Positions 1-14,007 of a stretch of 64,000 nucleotides of DNA are shown piece after piece. The notes under the pieces were generated by a model that was given only the letters and a program-made list of their open reading frames with translations, was not told where the DNA came from and ran no database searches. The stretch comes from Vairimorpha necatrix. Its lineage: Eukaryota. The position numbers and the translations under genes were made by a program. The stretch covers positions 248,001 through 312,000 of the forward strand of contig CP142730.1 of assembly GCA_036630325.1 (NCBI GenBank). The letters are read 5' to 3'. Numbering within the stretch: the first letter of the stretch is position 1; the number at the start of each line of letters is the position of its first letter.

Positions 1-227
1 TTTTTATTGTTCTCTTGTTTTCTGCTCATCGGTATTAAGGGTTAGGGAAAATTCCGTTTAAATAGTTAATTAGATTAACTGTCAAACTATTTGAGATGTA
101 AACAAACAAGAAACCGAAGTTCAAAAAAATAAGAAGTACTTCATGTGACATGCACTTTTCTTACTTTTAGTTTGTGCATGTCAAACATGTTCAATGTTTG
201 TTTACAATGCTCCGAGATGTTTGACAG
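1..227. repeat. possible partial LTR cut by the window edge
   Basis: Ends in GTTTGACA and forms an inverted repeat with TGTCAAAC at about 80. Its caaacaaac/tgtcaaacatg motifs resemble the solo LTRs at 18968 and 33648. Confidence 0.3.
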
Positions 228-244
228 CACCAATGATCATTGTT

Positions 245-1319
245 TAATTGGAAGCCGTATCGTCAGTGCAGGTCTGCAGACTGAAAAGAAAAGTATTTTT
301 TTGAAAATTTCAGCATAAGTATCGATATTTTTGTCTTTTAGATATTTACTTCTAAATTGGAATTCATACTAAAATCTTCCATATTCAAATTCATTCTTCC
401 TCTTCTTGTTCTTAATTCTGTTTTTAAATGACTCCATAGATTCTCTATTTTATTAGTATGATGTCCATACTCATTAGTAAAGCCAACACTATGATTAACA
501 ACTTCATTAACAGATCCGAAGTCACGAACAGCAGAACGGTAAGATGCAAAACCATCAGTTCTTATTATCGTTCCTTCGACAACATACTCCTTAAAAAGCT
601 CTAACATCACAGCCGCAGTCCTATTGGGAACAATTTTTAGAAAACAGTCCCTATCTTCATTTTCTATACCCCCAACCAACCAAGTCGTTCCAGGTATATC
701 ATCTTCCTCTGTAGTAGGATTCGTAATTATACGACCTCTACAGATTGCTGTTTCGTCAACCTGAATAGTTTCACCTATTCCCCCTATTTTACAAAAAATG
801 TATTTATTTCATTTTTTATTTTTTCTAGGATAAAGCCTTTAAAAGAATTGTAGGTTGGCTCGGAGACCTCGTATGTTACTGAGACCATGGTTAGTCCTTT
901 TCATTACCCAAAAATACAAGATTCTATGTTGTATATGTGTGGGCATTCGAGACTTCTGGAGAAAAGTACCATTTTTGATACTTTTTCTTTTTTTGCAGCC
1001 ATTCGTGCAGCAAAAGCAGATTCCTTTCAAGTAATTTTTGGACTTGACTTGGTTCATAAAACAACCACAGTCACACTTTACAGTATGTCTGTAGAAGTTT
1101 AGAGACTTTAAGTATTCTATTGCTGGTTCCTCTTCAACAAAGCTTATGCTGTAAAGGTTCTTTACTTGCATTGGGGGTAAAAAATTAAAATTCAAACAAT
1201 CGCTTTCCTTAAATTCAAAATCATAGGGGCATTTGGAATTTTTTTGTAGAATGTTTACAATACATGTTCGCGAATTTTTTAATTTTTTTAACCCCGTGAT
1301 TTTGAATTTAAGGAGCGCC
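245..1319 (-). mobile_element. Merlin (IS1595/ISXO2-like) DNA transposon, frameshifted transposase
   Basis: ORFs 839-1195 (N-terminal Cys motifs) and 338-679 (IIRTDG, VNHS, HTNKIENLWS). QVDET motif near 750. TIR GGCGCTCCTTAAATTC ends at 1319; the other TIR was not found. Confidence 0.85.
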
Positions 1320-2318
1320 CGAAAACTTAATATCTTTATTTAATTCAAGTTCTTCTGTCTCGGTACTTCGGGTATTATTTTGACTCCTTGTGTTCTTACT
1401 TAAGCAATCTCTGGTGTTATGCATTTTAGATTTATGCCCACTACCCCACAGGTTCATTTCATTTCTCTGCATGGGTTCTCTGAATTCGTTTTGATTGCAT
1501 CTGGCTAGATCCAAATCATTCTTTATTCTAACTACTAGTTCTTTCTCGAGATTTATTAGTAAGTTAATGATTTTCTTAACTTTTTTAACTCCTGATTTCA
1601 TAACATAATCTTTTGTTGAACGATGATAGTTCATTTTAGCAAACTTCATAAAATCTTTTTTCATACTCATTCTTGGTCTATTTTTTTAAATACGAATCCA
1701 CTTCTAGTTTGGCATGAATGTCCGCGGACATTTCTTCTATCAGGTCGTACCTAGACTGTTTAATTTCCAGTAATCTGATACCTAATTTTAAATTAGATGA
1801 TGTGGATATGCCCTATTCAGTATCTCGTCTCTAAGTTTCGCGTAAGTCTTGTCCCCGGGGCATTCCTCGCACTCGTTGACTTGAATTACATTTTGCAGTA
1901 CTAATAGGCTCTCTTCCTCGTTCCATTCTAGTTTTCTGTTAAGCTCTTCAAATTTTCAAAACCACTCCAACATGTTGGTTTTTTCGATACATTTTACTAC
2001 TTCTAATGTTTGATAATTGGCTCTTTGGGCCCTTTAACTTTGATTTCAAAGCTGATCATTTCTTTGTCCTTTTCAGTCTTTTCCTTTTGTTTAGCTTAGT
2101 ATACATCTTCTTTAAATTAAACTTGTGGTATTCACCACTGAGAAGCGTGTCTAAAATATTATTATTTATTTCATTGGATTTGCTTGCCATTGCTCTAATC
2201 CTTGTTGTCATTATCGTATACTTCTCAGGATAAAATATTTAAATAATTATAGGGGGAATTCTGAGAAATTTGGAGGGAAATGTTTCTAAATATATTTAAT
2301 GATATTTGGGATATCATA
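1320..2318 (-). mobile_element. Ty3/Gypsy 5' fragment (5' LTR 2124-2318 plus degenerate gag)
   Basis: LTR is homologous to the solo LTR at 57903-58127 and to 56301-56441. gag has a W-x-x-H-x4-H-x4-C-type knuckle (WGSGHKSKMHNTRDC). Truncated by Merlin. Confidence 0.75.
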
Positions 2319-2341
2319 ATATATGCCAGGAGTTTTATTAA

Positions 2342-2675
2342 TGTCGCGCACAGGCGCGCGACCGGAATAATTTGCAAATAATAGTATATTAGCATAGAGT
2401 GTGTTTAATCTACCCTTTTATTTAAGGCTTTAAATATATTATGACAAGGTTATATACAAAAAGATCTTATTTTTATAAAATACTATACTAACGCCCACTT
2501 ACATAACAAAATTCGATTTTTAAATTTAAACCGGTCTTTTGTCAAATCATATTATGCTCTTTGTGTTTTTTAAGCGCATAAAAATTAAAACAAAGGGCGG
2601 TTGTCTGATAATTGTTTAAGCTTCTTAGTTATATGTATATGCATGTATTTTTTAACATATTTATGGGTACATTGT
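2342..2675. repeat. dispersed repeat of about 330 bp, unclassified (second copy 60151-60492)
   Basis: Both copies start TGTCGCGC and share tatacaaaaagatcttattttt, actaacgcccacttacat and gggtacattgt. Confidence 0.7.
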
Positions 2676-3325
2676 GCAATGCGAGCTGCCTCACTGGCCG
2701 CATGGCTTGTTTAAATAATTTATATCTGTATAATATTTATTGACTCTGGTTCTTTTCATAACTCGGCCAAGTGCTAGAAATTCATCCTTTTATGTTTTTT
2801 AATATTCGTCAAACAACTCATTTGTTTGAGGGAAACCTGGTCATTTGTATTGATTTCTAGAATAATTATTTATTCTTTTGACTAGACATTTTTTCGTCAT
2901 TTGTTTACGTTCATGGCTCAGCTGTGATTGAGATATGACAACCGAGGGGTTCAAGTATTAGAGTTTTAGTAGGCCGAACTAGGCACGGGAAGGATGTCGT
3001 GTGACACACTCCCTTATTTCAAAGTATCTACTCTGTTGGATCTGTTTCTATAATTCACAAGATATCCCTCCCATTCACTTTACATTCTTTCTCATCTAAT
3101 AAATATTTCTTGTACATTCCACTTCCAGCAACATTTATTAAGTCTAGCAATTTGGCGCAACGGTCTGAGCCCAGACTTTTTTCTCTATAAGGAGAGACCC
3201 TTAGAAAAACGAAAAAAAATTATTAAAGCATTTTGTTTCAAAGAAAATTTCATATTTCATTGAAAAACTCTCTCGAACTTATAATATTTTTATATATTGT
3301 TCATCTTCTTTATTTAAATTCCTCC

Positions 3326-6300
3326 TGTTGATGTATTTTTAAATATTTTAAATGTAACCCCTAATTTTTAAAATGAATAACAATAAACATATTTACATGG
3401 TGGAGAATGAGGTAGAACCCATGAATAAAAAGATTAATAGAGACAATATAGTAAATGATACGCGAAGCTTTGAGTTGATGTTCCTTACTTAAGAATATGG
3501 AGGATGAGAGAAAGATTGAATGGATTGTGAGTAGAGCCAGTTACGATTTACTCGATTGGCACTACGAGACTATTGAATTTGTAAAAAAAAAAGTTTTGTG
3601 AAATGGAGACAAATGGTTTTAGAGGCATTCGGACGTAAAACAGAGTCTTTGGCAAAACTTTACTGAATGAAGCAAGACAAAGACGAAAGCATTAAACAGT
3701 ACATCGAGAATGTAAAGACGTCCTCGCGGATTCTTAAACTTAAAGAGGAAGAAATAATTGAGATCATTACAGGTGGGATAAGAGACGAATTTGGAAGAGT
3801 AAAAATTTTTTGGAAATAATGGATCTTTGGATGAAAAAATCATTGAAACGTTGATAATAATTTAAAAAGAATGTTTAAAAGAAATTAATAGAAAACTAGA
3901 AATGCAAGATTTACTTAAGAAGCTTGAAATATAAAAAATCGAAACTACTAAACAAACCATTAAATGTTACAACTGTCAAAAATTAGGACATATTGCAAGA
4001 AACTATCGTATGGGGACGAGTTATAATCAAAAAAGAAGTAAGAAAGTGAATGAAAAAACACTGAATTATCAGACATTATTAAAAATAAAGAAAATTCAGA
4101 CTTTTTATGGACAAGAGGTTCCTGTTACTTTTGACACTGGATTAACTCAACTTACAACTTTACAGTAACGCGGTAGCTTCAAAGTTTTATTTACAATTTA
4201 ATGGAAACCAAAAGAAATGGTAATTAAGACCTGCCTTGAAGAGCCTTTCATAGCAAACAAACATACATTTATTGAATTGACGTATAAAGACCAAGTTTAT
4301 CGTTTAAATTTTTTATTTTACCTAAAGTGAGAATCGAGAAAGTATTGATCGGGAAAAATGGGATAAGGGAGATGATGGAAACAGAAGATGAAGGATATGT
4401 ATGCGAAATCAAGACGGAAGCGGGCAAAAAAGTAGTAGGGCTCGTATATACATTGTCAAAGAACATGGAAAAAGGCGTTGAAATAACGATTCAAAAGCTT
4501 TTAAGTAAGGGATACATTCAGGAGTCTTAGTCTACATGGCTTAATAATCTTAGGCCGGCAATAAAATCAGATGGTTGGATTTGAGGGACTACAAATTTAG
4601 TAGCATTTAATAAAATAGTTGAACTTGACGTTTTTTACTCCCTAAAATAGACGAGATTTTATGCAATTTGCGTGAATGAAATTTTTCTCAAAGTTGGATC
4701 TGGAAGATGGGTTTATTCAAATTAAGTTGGTTGAAAGAGATAGATTCAAGACAGCATTAAGATTGACACATAGACAGTATGAATGGAAGGTGATGCCACA
4801 AGAATTCAAAAATTCACCTGCAATATTCCAGAGGTTCATGGATTTTGCACTTAAAGAAGAAATGGGAAAGAGCTGTTTCTTTATGTGGATGATATTTTAA
4901 TTTTTGGCAGAGATGAAAAAGAACATGATGAGGCATACAAAAGAATTAGAGAAGCTTTGGATAGTAACAAGCTTAAAATAAATCAAGACAAATCTAATTT
5001 AGACAGCGTGAAATCGACTTTTTAGGACACCACAAAGAAGAAAATAAGATACTCCCGTCAGTTAATAAATTACAAGGATAAGATTTAAAATCACCAAGGG
5101 ATAAGCAACAGTTACAGAAATTTTTAGGAACTATTAACTATTATAGAAAATTTATTAAAGACTGCTCCGGTATATGTAGTCCACTGTATGAATTATTAAA
5201 AGACGAGAAACTTTTCATTTGGACAGAAAAAGAAGAGAAAATTTTTAAGGAGATCAAAGAGATTCCCAAAACGAACATAGGATTATTTCAGCCAGATTAT
5301 AGTAAAGATTTTATTTTGACAAAGGACGCTTCTAAGTATGGAATCGCGGCAGTACTTAGTCAAATTATTGATGGAGAGGAGATACCTATTGCATTTGCTT
5401 CTAGAAAACAAAAAGATCATGAAATTAATTACGGTATTAGTGAGAAAGAGTGTTTGGCCATGTTATGGGACATGGAAAATTTTAATCACTTTTTATATGG
5501 TGCGAAATTTGAGGTAATTACAGATCATAAAGCATTATAAGTGCTTAATAAAGGTTAAATAAATTGAGAATTCAAAGATGGTCAGATAGAATGTCTAGAT
5601 ATTGCTTTAAGGTGACGTACAGACAAGGCAAAGACATACCTCACGTAGATTGTTTGAGCAGAAATTTTGATTTCGTTGAAGATGAGGAAATAATGGATGA
5701 TAGTAAACAACTGGAAGAAGACAAAGAAAATAGGAAGAATATAGAAATTAAGATTATGGGGTTGAAGAAAAAGAAATTGTGCGAGCTATTCATTTAGAAC
5801 TATAACATAGAGGGTAACATTCATAAGAGTATGAAATTACAAAAAGAGGACTCAAAATTAATAATGTAGAAAAACTAGTTAAGGAAGTAGTAAATGAATG
5901 TGAGAATGTTGTCAATATAATTCAAAAAGAAAAAAAAGGTTAATTTTTGTTACGGTGTTTGAAAGATGAGAAAAGGTTGCAGTGGATATAATAGGCCCAA
6001 TGGGGAAGCAATATATTATATCGGCTATTGTTTATTTTACTAGAGAAGGAATTGCAAAAGTTCTTAGTTCAAGAAACGATGAAAAGATAGTAAGATTTAT
6101 AAAGAAGTCAACGAAAGGGTTAAGATAGTAACACTTATATTAGATCAGTCAAAAGGAAATTTAAGTTCAAAGGTCATCAATTTTTGTAAGCATCATAATA
6201 TTGAGTTACATTATACGTCTCCCTACCATCACCAATCTAATGGTAGAGTAGAGAGATTTAATAGGACACTACAAGATCTAATTTTTAAGATTAAGGAAGA

Positions 6301-6750
6301 CAGTTTTTAAAAAACGAAGTTAAAAAGAGCTATAGAGATTTACAACAACACATTTTAACTGGAATCTTGCTGACTCCCCAAGAAGCAACTTTGTTAAATG
6401 TACAAGACAAACTAAGACAGATTCAAATGGAAAATATAATAACATACAATAAAAGGAACGAGATTGGTGAGCAGAAACATTTTTTTAGACCAGGGGAGGT
6501 TGTGTTAATTAGACAAGAAGGAAATAGAGGAAAAGGTAGCTTTAGTTAAAGATTCGAGGATGTGTTTATAAAGCTTTAATTAAATAATTCGTATATAATC
6601 GAAATTGGAAAAAGAAAATAAAAAGACACGCTTCACAGTTAAAGCGTTTAGTTGATGAGCCAACTTTGTAGAGGGAGATGTTGATATATTTTTAAATATT
6701 TTAAATGTAACCCCTAACTTTTAGAATGAATAACAATAAACATATTAACA
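3326..6750 (+). mobile_element. degenerate full-length Ty3/Gypsy element with 72-bp LTRs
   Basis: LTRs 3326-3397 and 6679-6750 (TG..CA). PBS TGGTGGAGAATG is complementary to the tRNA-Ala 3' end. PPT AGAGGGAGA. Fragmented gag/protease/RT/RNase H/integrase homologous to 35303-38751. TSD decayed (CCTCC/CCTTT). Confidence 0.93.
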
Positions 6751-9700
6751 CCTTTAAAAAAAAACTGGGATTGCTTTTTCTTTGATCCCTTTTCTAGCTA
6801 TTATTTCACTTTAATAATGTGACCAGACTCCCTCTATTGAATTTGTTGTCTTTTTTGCTTCGTTTTTGATGCCGCCATCGTGGACTAAACGCGATGATTA
6901 GAGTTGATGAATTCTACTGCTGCGGGCAGGATTTGTGTCCATTAGTATTATAAATAGTTTCGCTTTTTATGTATTTTTTTTTGAAACCCCCCCCCCCCGA
7001 ATCATCGGCTGGATAGTTCGGTTAGGCATTATCTCGATTCTCTATTCTAACGTTCGCTCGTCTATCGTACCATTCAAACGTTTTTTTAACTGTGCCATAT
7101 CTTTCCGATGGTGGATTGACAAATTTCCCTTTTACTAAAACCTTTTCATCGTTTTGTGTCACTTCTTCAATCCTTCTATTTTATAGTGCTTGATGTTTTC
7201 CTTTTCAGTGCTTCGCATATTTTTTTTCAACCCTATAGACACTGGAAGCTTAAACGCAGGAATTTTTGTTTCAGTTTAGTGTAGACTGCGTTTCAGTAAA
7301 TTAATACAGTATATACAAATAATTATGTATAGGTAATCGGGGATCAAAAAAAGAAGTTAAATCAAATACTTTCTTTGACGTTTTACATCCTGTCTTTCCC
7401 ATACACTTAAACCGGTGGCAGTCTATGCACAAATCATTTGATATAATACCATTATACCGGGATAATTTGTACATTATATAGCTGTTTTTAGTAGATTTTC
7501 ATCCCCTAGTCAACATATTGCCTCATTTGGGCCTTGGAAGGTTTTTGACCTACTGTCAAGAGGTTCTAGACATTTCATAAGTGAAGAATATTTTTGAAAA
7601 AAAATCATTTAAAAAACAAAAAAACTTATAGCTTAAGAAATGTTAATCCAAATGAAATTTAAATAAACCTGTGAAAATTCGACTTTTGAGGATATGGTTC
7701 GTAAAAAACAAACCCACTTACTGTCAGTGTCCGGATTTGGTACGTAAAAAAAATAGGGGAACTCCGGACACAGATAGTTACGCCCCTTAATTTAAACATA
7801 TAAATTTAAACATATTTTGCAAAGGTATATAGCTTGGTAAGTGGTATAATGTTGTTTCGCGAGCCCAGGTGGTTGCCCGAGCCTGACTGAATACCAAAAA
7901 AACGAAATTTTTATCTAAAATTCATTCCCAAAAGAAACTATCTTAAATGGCCTAGGAAATTGTTTAACATGTTTATCACAAAGACTTATTTTAAAAACAC
8001 TCGATTTTTTGTTATAACATAAAAATTAAATAAAGATTTATATAATAAAATCAGTATACTTTTTCTTAAATTTCTATAATTTATTTTCTAATGTTTCATA
8101 CTATAACTACGAAGATATTTACATATTTTCTAACATGCTTTATGTCTGCATGGTATTTATTTTAGTATCAACTAGCGTATGCTTTCCCGTTTTGAAAACG
8201 GGATCTAAATGTTTAGTTTGATAATATGTCTTTCATCCTTAAATTTTGTTAAGTTTCCATTTTGGGATGAATGAATTTAGAAGGGAAAACATGATTTTAG
8301 AAAATACTTTTTAGTAACATATAAGGAGTAAAGTTGAGCTAAAAACATTTAATAATCTCAATATGATAATTTTGGAACTTATTAAGCTCAGTTTTTGACA
8401 CTTACATTCAATTTCTTCTTCGTTATTTGTTTTTAAAATTTTTCCTGGAAGGGTTAAATAAATTCTAAAAAACGATTCTGACAATATTTTGGAACTGAGT
8501 TTTAAAAACCAGGACTTAAAATGGAAATGCATTAATATATAATATATGCACTTAGAATAGTCAAAATCTTTCAATGAGTTTATATTTGATATTACAATGA
8601 CATAATAAGCTATAATAAGAAGTTTAAAGGTTACAAAATTATTAAAAAGAGGGGTAAAAAATTAAATAAAATTCTTTTATATATATGATATTAGTTTTAT
8701 TTAGATATTTTATACCTTAAAAGTTGTTTGTTATAGATCTAAACACGTTATTTTACTAGTAAAACTACGTATATTTACTTGTAACCTATTTACACTATTA
8801 TTTATGTTCTCAGTGATTTTTTAGGATAGTTTGCATTTGTTCGAAAGTTGAATACAATAATTTATAAAATATTAATATTTAGTCTCAAAAAACAAAAACA
8901 AGAATGAATTTTGATTGTCCCCAACTTATCGATCTTTAAAAAACAACACATACTACAAAAGAACATATAGATTATTAATTAATGTACTAGTAGTACATCG
9001 TTTGCCAATTAAAAAATTAAATTATGCTAGAATAGAATAATCATATTCGTTAAAAAATTATAATTTCAACTTGAAGAAAAACAATTTAAGGGTAATGATT
9101 AGTTTACAAAGCATAAGACTTACGTATTGAGGTATTGCCCGGGTGTTGGGCGTTCCTCAAATAGCATTCTATGATGCTTCTACCGGGCGTTAAATTTTTG
9201 TTGTTGTTTTGATTATATTTATTTGGTTTGGCTATTTGGGCATTATCCTCCCTCTTCTGAAATACAGCGATTGATAGTGCTGTTTGTTAGACTCCTCTGT
9301 TATTCTCCACATTTTTGTGTGAGTAAAATAAAAAGAAAATATTTATACGAAAATAAATTCTAGCAAATTCATCTAAAGGAAACATAAAATACACATAATG
9401 TGTTTTTCCCCCATACCACCTCCTCCATTAGGTTTTATGTTCTTGATATGCGTCCAACCATAGTCTCCAGCGAGCTTTATCCAAAATCCCCTAGCTCCTA
9501 CTTCCACTATCTTTCGTGCTTCCAATTCAAATTTCGGATACAATTTCTTAGCGGTGAACTTTAATTTATATACTAAGTCCCCTTTAGCAAACTTCTTAAT
9601 AAATTTCTTTTGTCCTAATTTGGGTATAAATTTTCTCTTTAAGTTAAAAGGATCATAATAGTTTTTGTCTAAAATTAAGCTTTTTGAGGAAGTCCGTATT

Positions 9701-10585
9701 GTCCTGTTATAATTTATATTTAGGACATATTACTACCTTTACTGCATCTTATCTCCTTCGCATTAAGAAAGGCAAGAGTAAAACTTATGGTCTTATTTAA
9801 TCTCTCTGTGAAACTCTATTTCTGCTTTTAGTGTAATCTGAAACAAGTATGGCCTTATATCGATTTCATTGCAGTAATTTGTGACCAAAATGTTATCGAA
9901 TTGTTTTCCGTTATCTAAAATTATGTATTTTGGTGGACTATACTCTTTTATCCATTGGTTTATAGTCAAAATGACGTCAGTTAATTTGACTCTTTTAAAA
10001 AAAATTCAATAAATCTTTAATATAGGTCAGTTATTGACAGTATTTTTCCTGCTTCTTTAACACAGTCATTTTTAAATTCTGAAATGTCAAATGGACCAAA
10101 AGTGTTATTGAAATCCTTTCAGACTTATTTTCCGAGACAATTTTATTCTCAATGTTGTGTTTAAACCTAGAAGTTTTAAATCTACAACACATTTCTCAGA
10201 TTCTAGTAACTTTAGTTATTAATCTCAATTAATTTCTTATTTTCACAAATCCTTTAATGTTGTTATATGTTGTGGTATTTCCTCTATGCCCCAAAAGTTT
10301 ATGTATCTGTTCGATTAAAAATCTGTACTTATTTGGTGCGATAATAACTCTGTTATGTTCGTCAAAGTCCGAATCTCCCTTTGCGTGCTTTTATTGCACA
10401 TTTAATAATTTTTTTATATTCCGACTTAATATTCGAATTTTATATGAAAAGGCTCGTGATAATCTGTCTGCAATAATGTTTTTGTCTCCATCAATATGTA
10501 CAATGCTATGGTCAAATTCATTCATCAACAAACGCCATCTTTCTGGTCAAAAAGTTCTCTTTTGATTTTTATGTACACAATTTTT

Positions 10586-12428
10586 GGCGCTACTTAAAAA
10601 ATCGCACCCCAAAAAAAATTCCACCGACCAATTAAATTTATATAAAAAAAAATATTATTAACCCTTAAAATTATATTTAAAACAATATTTTTATGAAAAT
10701 ATGAATTTACAAAAGTTAAAATATTTAAAAAACAGTTATAACATATTATTTAGTTCAAAAATTTAATTACTTTAACATAGAAAAAATATCAATAATTTTT
10801 ACGAAGGCTAATTTGATTGTAAATGGTTTTGAATATTCTATATTTTCCTTTTTCCATTTAAACTCATATAACCAACATTTAATTCTTATTTTATTCATTC
10901 CTCCACGCTTTCTATAATCATGCTTAAGATGCGACCACATATTTTCTACATAATTTGTATTTTGTCCTTCTTCATTACAAAATCCCATAGAGGGATTTAC
11001 CACACTATGGTGAGAACCAAATTCACTTATAGCACCTGGATAGGATGGATAACCATTAGTTACTATATCCGTGCCTACTTTTACATATTTTTTTAATACT
11101 AGTAAAATCGTTTCCCATTTTCTATTGGGTATTAGTTTCACAAAAAACTCTCTACAATTTCCTTCCAATACACCTCTTATTATCCACTGAATTCCAGGTT
11201 CAGAATCCAATCGACTATACGGATTCATTACTATAATTCCATTACAAATAGCTGTTTCGTCTATTTGTATCCTCTGACCAACTCCGCCTATCGTTGTAAC
11301 AACAGTAGAAGAGTTGAAAATTGTTTCCATTATTATTTCTTTTACAGAAATATATGTTGGTTCTAAAGTTCACACATGTTGATAACCTGAAAATTAGTAT
11401 ATGACAAACACCAACAATAAATGCAACGAAGAATTTTTGGATCAGGTGATAATACGACATATGACCCCCCAGTGGGCATAATACGACATATCGAAAAAAA
11501 ATAAAATTTTCGCAGATTTAGATATAAAATAAAAGATAAAATATTGATTTTTTATTCAAAAACAAACAGGAACCCAAGTAAAATAGTTAGAGTTCAGCTT
11601 CTAGATTTATCTTTAAACATAATTTCAACCAGATAATATTGTAAAACTTCTTTTTTTGGATCATGTGTATAATACGACATAATATGTGGTATTATGCACA
11701 TGATCCCAAGAAAATTATTTTAAAATAAATATGAATTACACTTTAACTTGTAAAATCATTTTCATCTTCTTTTTAAAAAAAAACAAGGTACTGACAAGAC
11801 AATGCAAACAAAATTATTCTTTTATAATTTCGATCAAAGGACCTACTTCATAGGTCCTAATGACAAAAGTTGTTCCAATCTTGAGGTATTGTTTCTCGTT
11901 TTTTGAGTAAAGAAAAAAATATTTTTAATGGGTATTATACGACATAATATGTCGTATAATACCCATGATCCGAATTTTTTTTAAATTCAATATCTAAAGA
12001 TTCAAACTTAGAACCTTTTTTTAATGAACATCTTCGTTTACAAATTTTTTTGCTACATTTGTACCCCTTTCCTTGAAAATATAGATATGTTTTGAATAAA
12101 CATAATTCCTTTGCACTGATCATTAGTACAAGGAATACAAGGATATAACAAGTTGTTCTTCAATCCGTAGTCGATCCCCCTGTCATTATCAGTGAAAATG
12201 GGATTGTATGGATTGAATTGAAGCATTTCGTCCATCATCCTGTTCATTACAAGGGATAGATAAAATAAAAAAAATTTCACGTTCAAAATACCATTACTTA
12301 AAAACTCGCACCCCCCCCCCCCCCGGAAAAAAAATCCTTTAAAATTTGATCTTATTTCATTTTATACCAAATAATTTTTTTTTCAGTGAACGTATTTTTT
12401 AGGGGGGTGCGAATTTTTAAGTAGCGCC
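10586..12428 (-). mobile_element. Merlin DNA transposon, disrupted
   Basis: TIR GGCGCTACTTAAAAA(A/T)TCGCACCCC; perfect 8-bp TSD CAATTTTT; transposase pieces 10767-11330 and 11935-12286. Confidence 0.92.
11439..11971. mobile_element. non-autonomous Merlin-type MITE
   Basis: TIRs GGATCA..ATACGACATAT; perfect 8-bp TSD GAATTTTT; no ORF; internal palindromic TIR pairs. Confidence 0.85.
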
Positions 12429-12908
12429 CAATTTTTACTGTCTGTGACTATTTCAGTGTAACAACCTTGTATTTTATTTTTAAAGTGTATTGAAGCTAGT
12501 ACTATTTCCAAATATTCCTTTTCGACTATAGTGTAATTTAGTATTGGACCATTTAGCTTCTTAGAAGAATATCCAATTACTCGATCTTCTTGTTTTAACA
12601 CTGCGGTAAGTACTATATCTGAAGCATCACACTCCAATATAAATTTTTTAGTATAGTTCGGAAAGGCGAGCCTTGCTCCGATTGATATATCTTTTTTTAC
12701 TTCATCGACTATTGATTGTAACTTCTCATTTATTCTTATCTTTTATATCTAGTTTTAATGTGTTGCTTATCTTATGGAATCTCGTTGACAGATTTGGTAC
12801 AAATTTTATATACCAGTTTACAACTTTCATCAGTTTTTGCTATATCTCTCCTTGTAGATATTTCTTTAGTAAACATGTTATTTTCTAAACTCTTAAGGTT
12901 GGGATACA

Positions 12909-13972
12909 GGCTAATATCAGCATCTGTGTAAAAAACTGGGGTCAAAATTTTTAAAAAATTGCTTCTTTTAAAAAAAAAAGAAAGGAATGATGAGCAATAA
13001 ATAAAATTGAAGTTTTTCATATCTTTAACAAATAAGAAATACAATTTGAAATGTATAAAATATGGTTGGGATACAGCTATTGTATCAAATGGAACTACTT
13101 ACTTGAGGTGTAAGTCTTCAAATTGTAAACACGGATTTTCAATTTGGGAAAATTCTTTTTTTGATAACAACTGACTAGAATATTTACTGATGTTAAAAAT
13201 AGTAAATTTTTGGATAATAGGAATTAAAGTAATTCTTATATCAAAGATTTTGGGATGTAATGTACAAAATGTAAGTTACACCCTAGATAAGTTATTTAAA
13301 TTCAAATTTACGATAAGTATTTGAACAAGCTGAAGCAGATAGGCGGACAAGATATCATTGTAGAAATAGATGAAAGTAAAATTGGCAAAAATAAATATCA
13401 TAGGGGAAGATTAGTTAAGGGGGTTTGGTGTTTCGGTATGGTAAAACGAACCGAAGCAAAGAAGATTGTATTCGTAATTATAAAGAAAAGAGACAGGGAT
13501 ACATTATTTCCAATCATGTTTAAGCATGTAAATTTTGAATCCGTCATTCATTCGGATATGCGGAGGGCGTATGCAACGATAAAAAATCATTATGCGGACC
13601 ATAGGACTGTGAATCACAATCAAACTTTTAGAGACAGTAAGACAGGCGTACATACAAACACTATAGAAGAAAAATAAAGGTCTTTAAAAGCCCCTATGCC
13701 TAATAGGTGTAGGACTTATGAACTTGCTGAAATATATTTGGTTCTATATATGATTAAAAGAAATGAGAGCAAAGACATATCAAAGCATTTTTAAGATTTT
13801 GTTTTTTATTTTTAATTTATTTTAAAGTATATGTTATACATTTTTATGTCTTAATTGTATTTTAGGTTTTTTCATCATTGCTCATCATTCCTTTTCTTTT
13901 TTTAAAAAAGGGGCAATTTTTTAAAAATTTTGACCCCCCCCCAGTTTCTTTACACAGATGCTGAATTTAGCC
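12909..13972 (+). mobile_element. Merlin DNA transposon, premature stops
   Basis: Long TIRs GGCTAA..TCAGCATCTGTGTAAA; ORF 13321-13677 (VEIDESKIG, IHSD, HTNTIE); near-TSD GGATACA/GGATATA. Confidence 0.9.
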
Positions 13973-14007
13973 GGATATATTCCATTTTTATTTATTGTGG
14001 CGCGCGA

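Noticed and set aside
338-679. bacterial IS1595 elements or contamination
   Set aside because: They are nested with LTR retrotransposons through TSDs, so they are eukaryotic Merlin relatives.
6751-9127. possible host gene remnants
   Set aside because: Only short ORFs without recognisable motifs.
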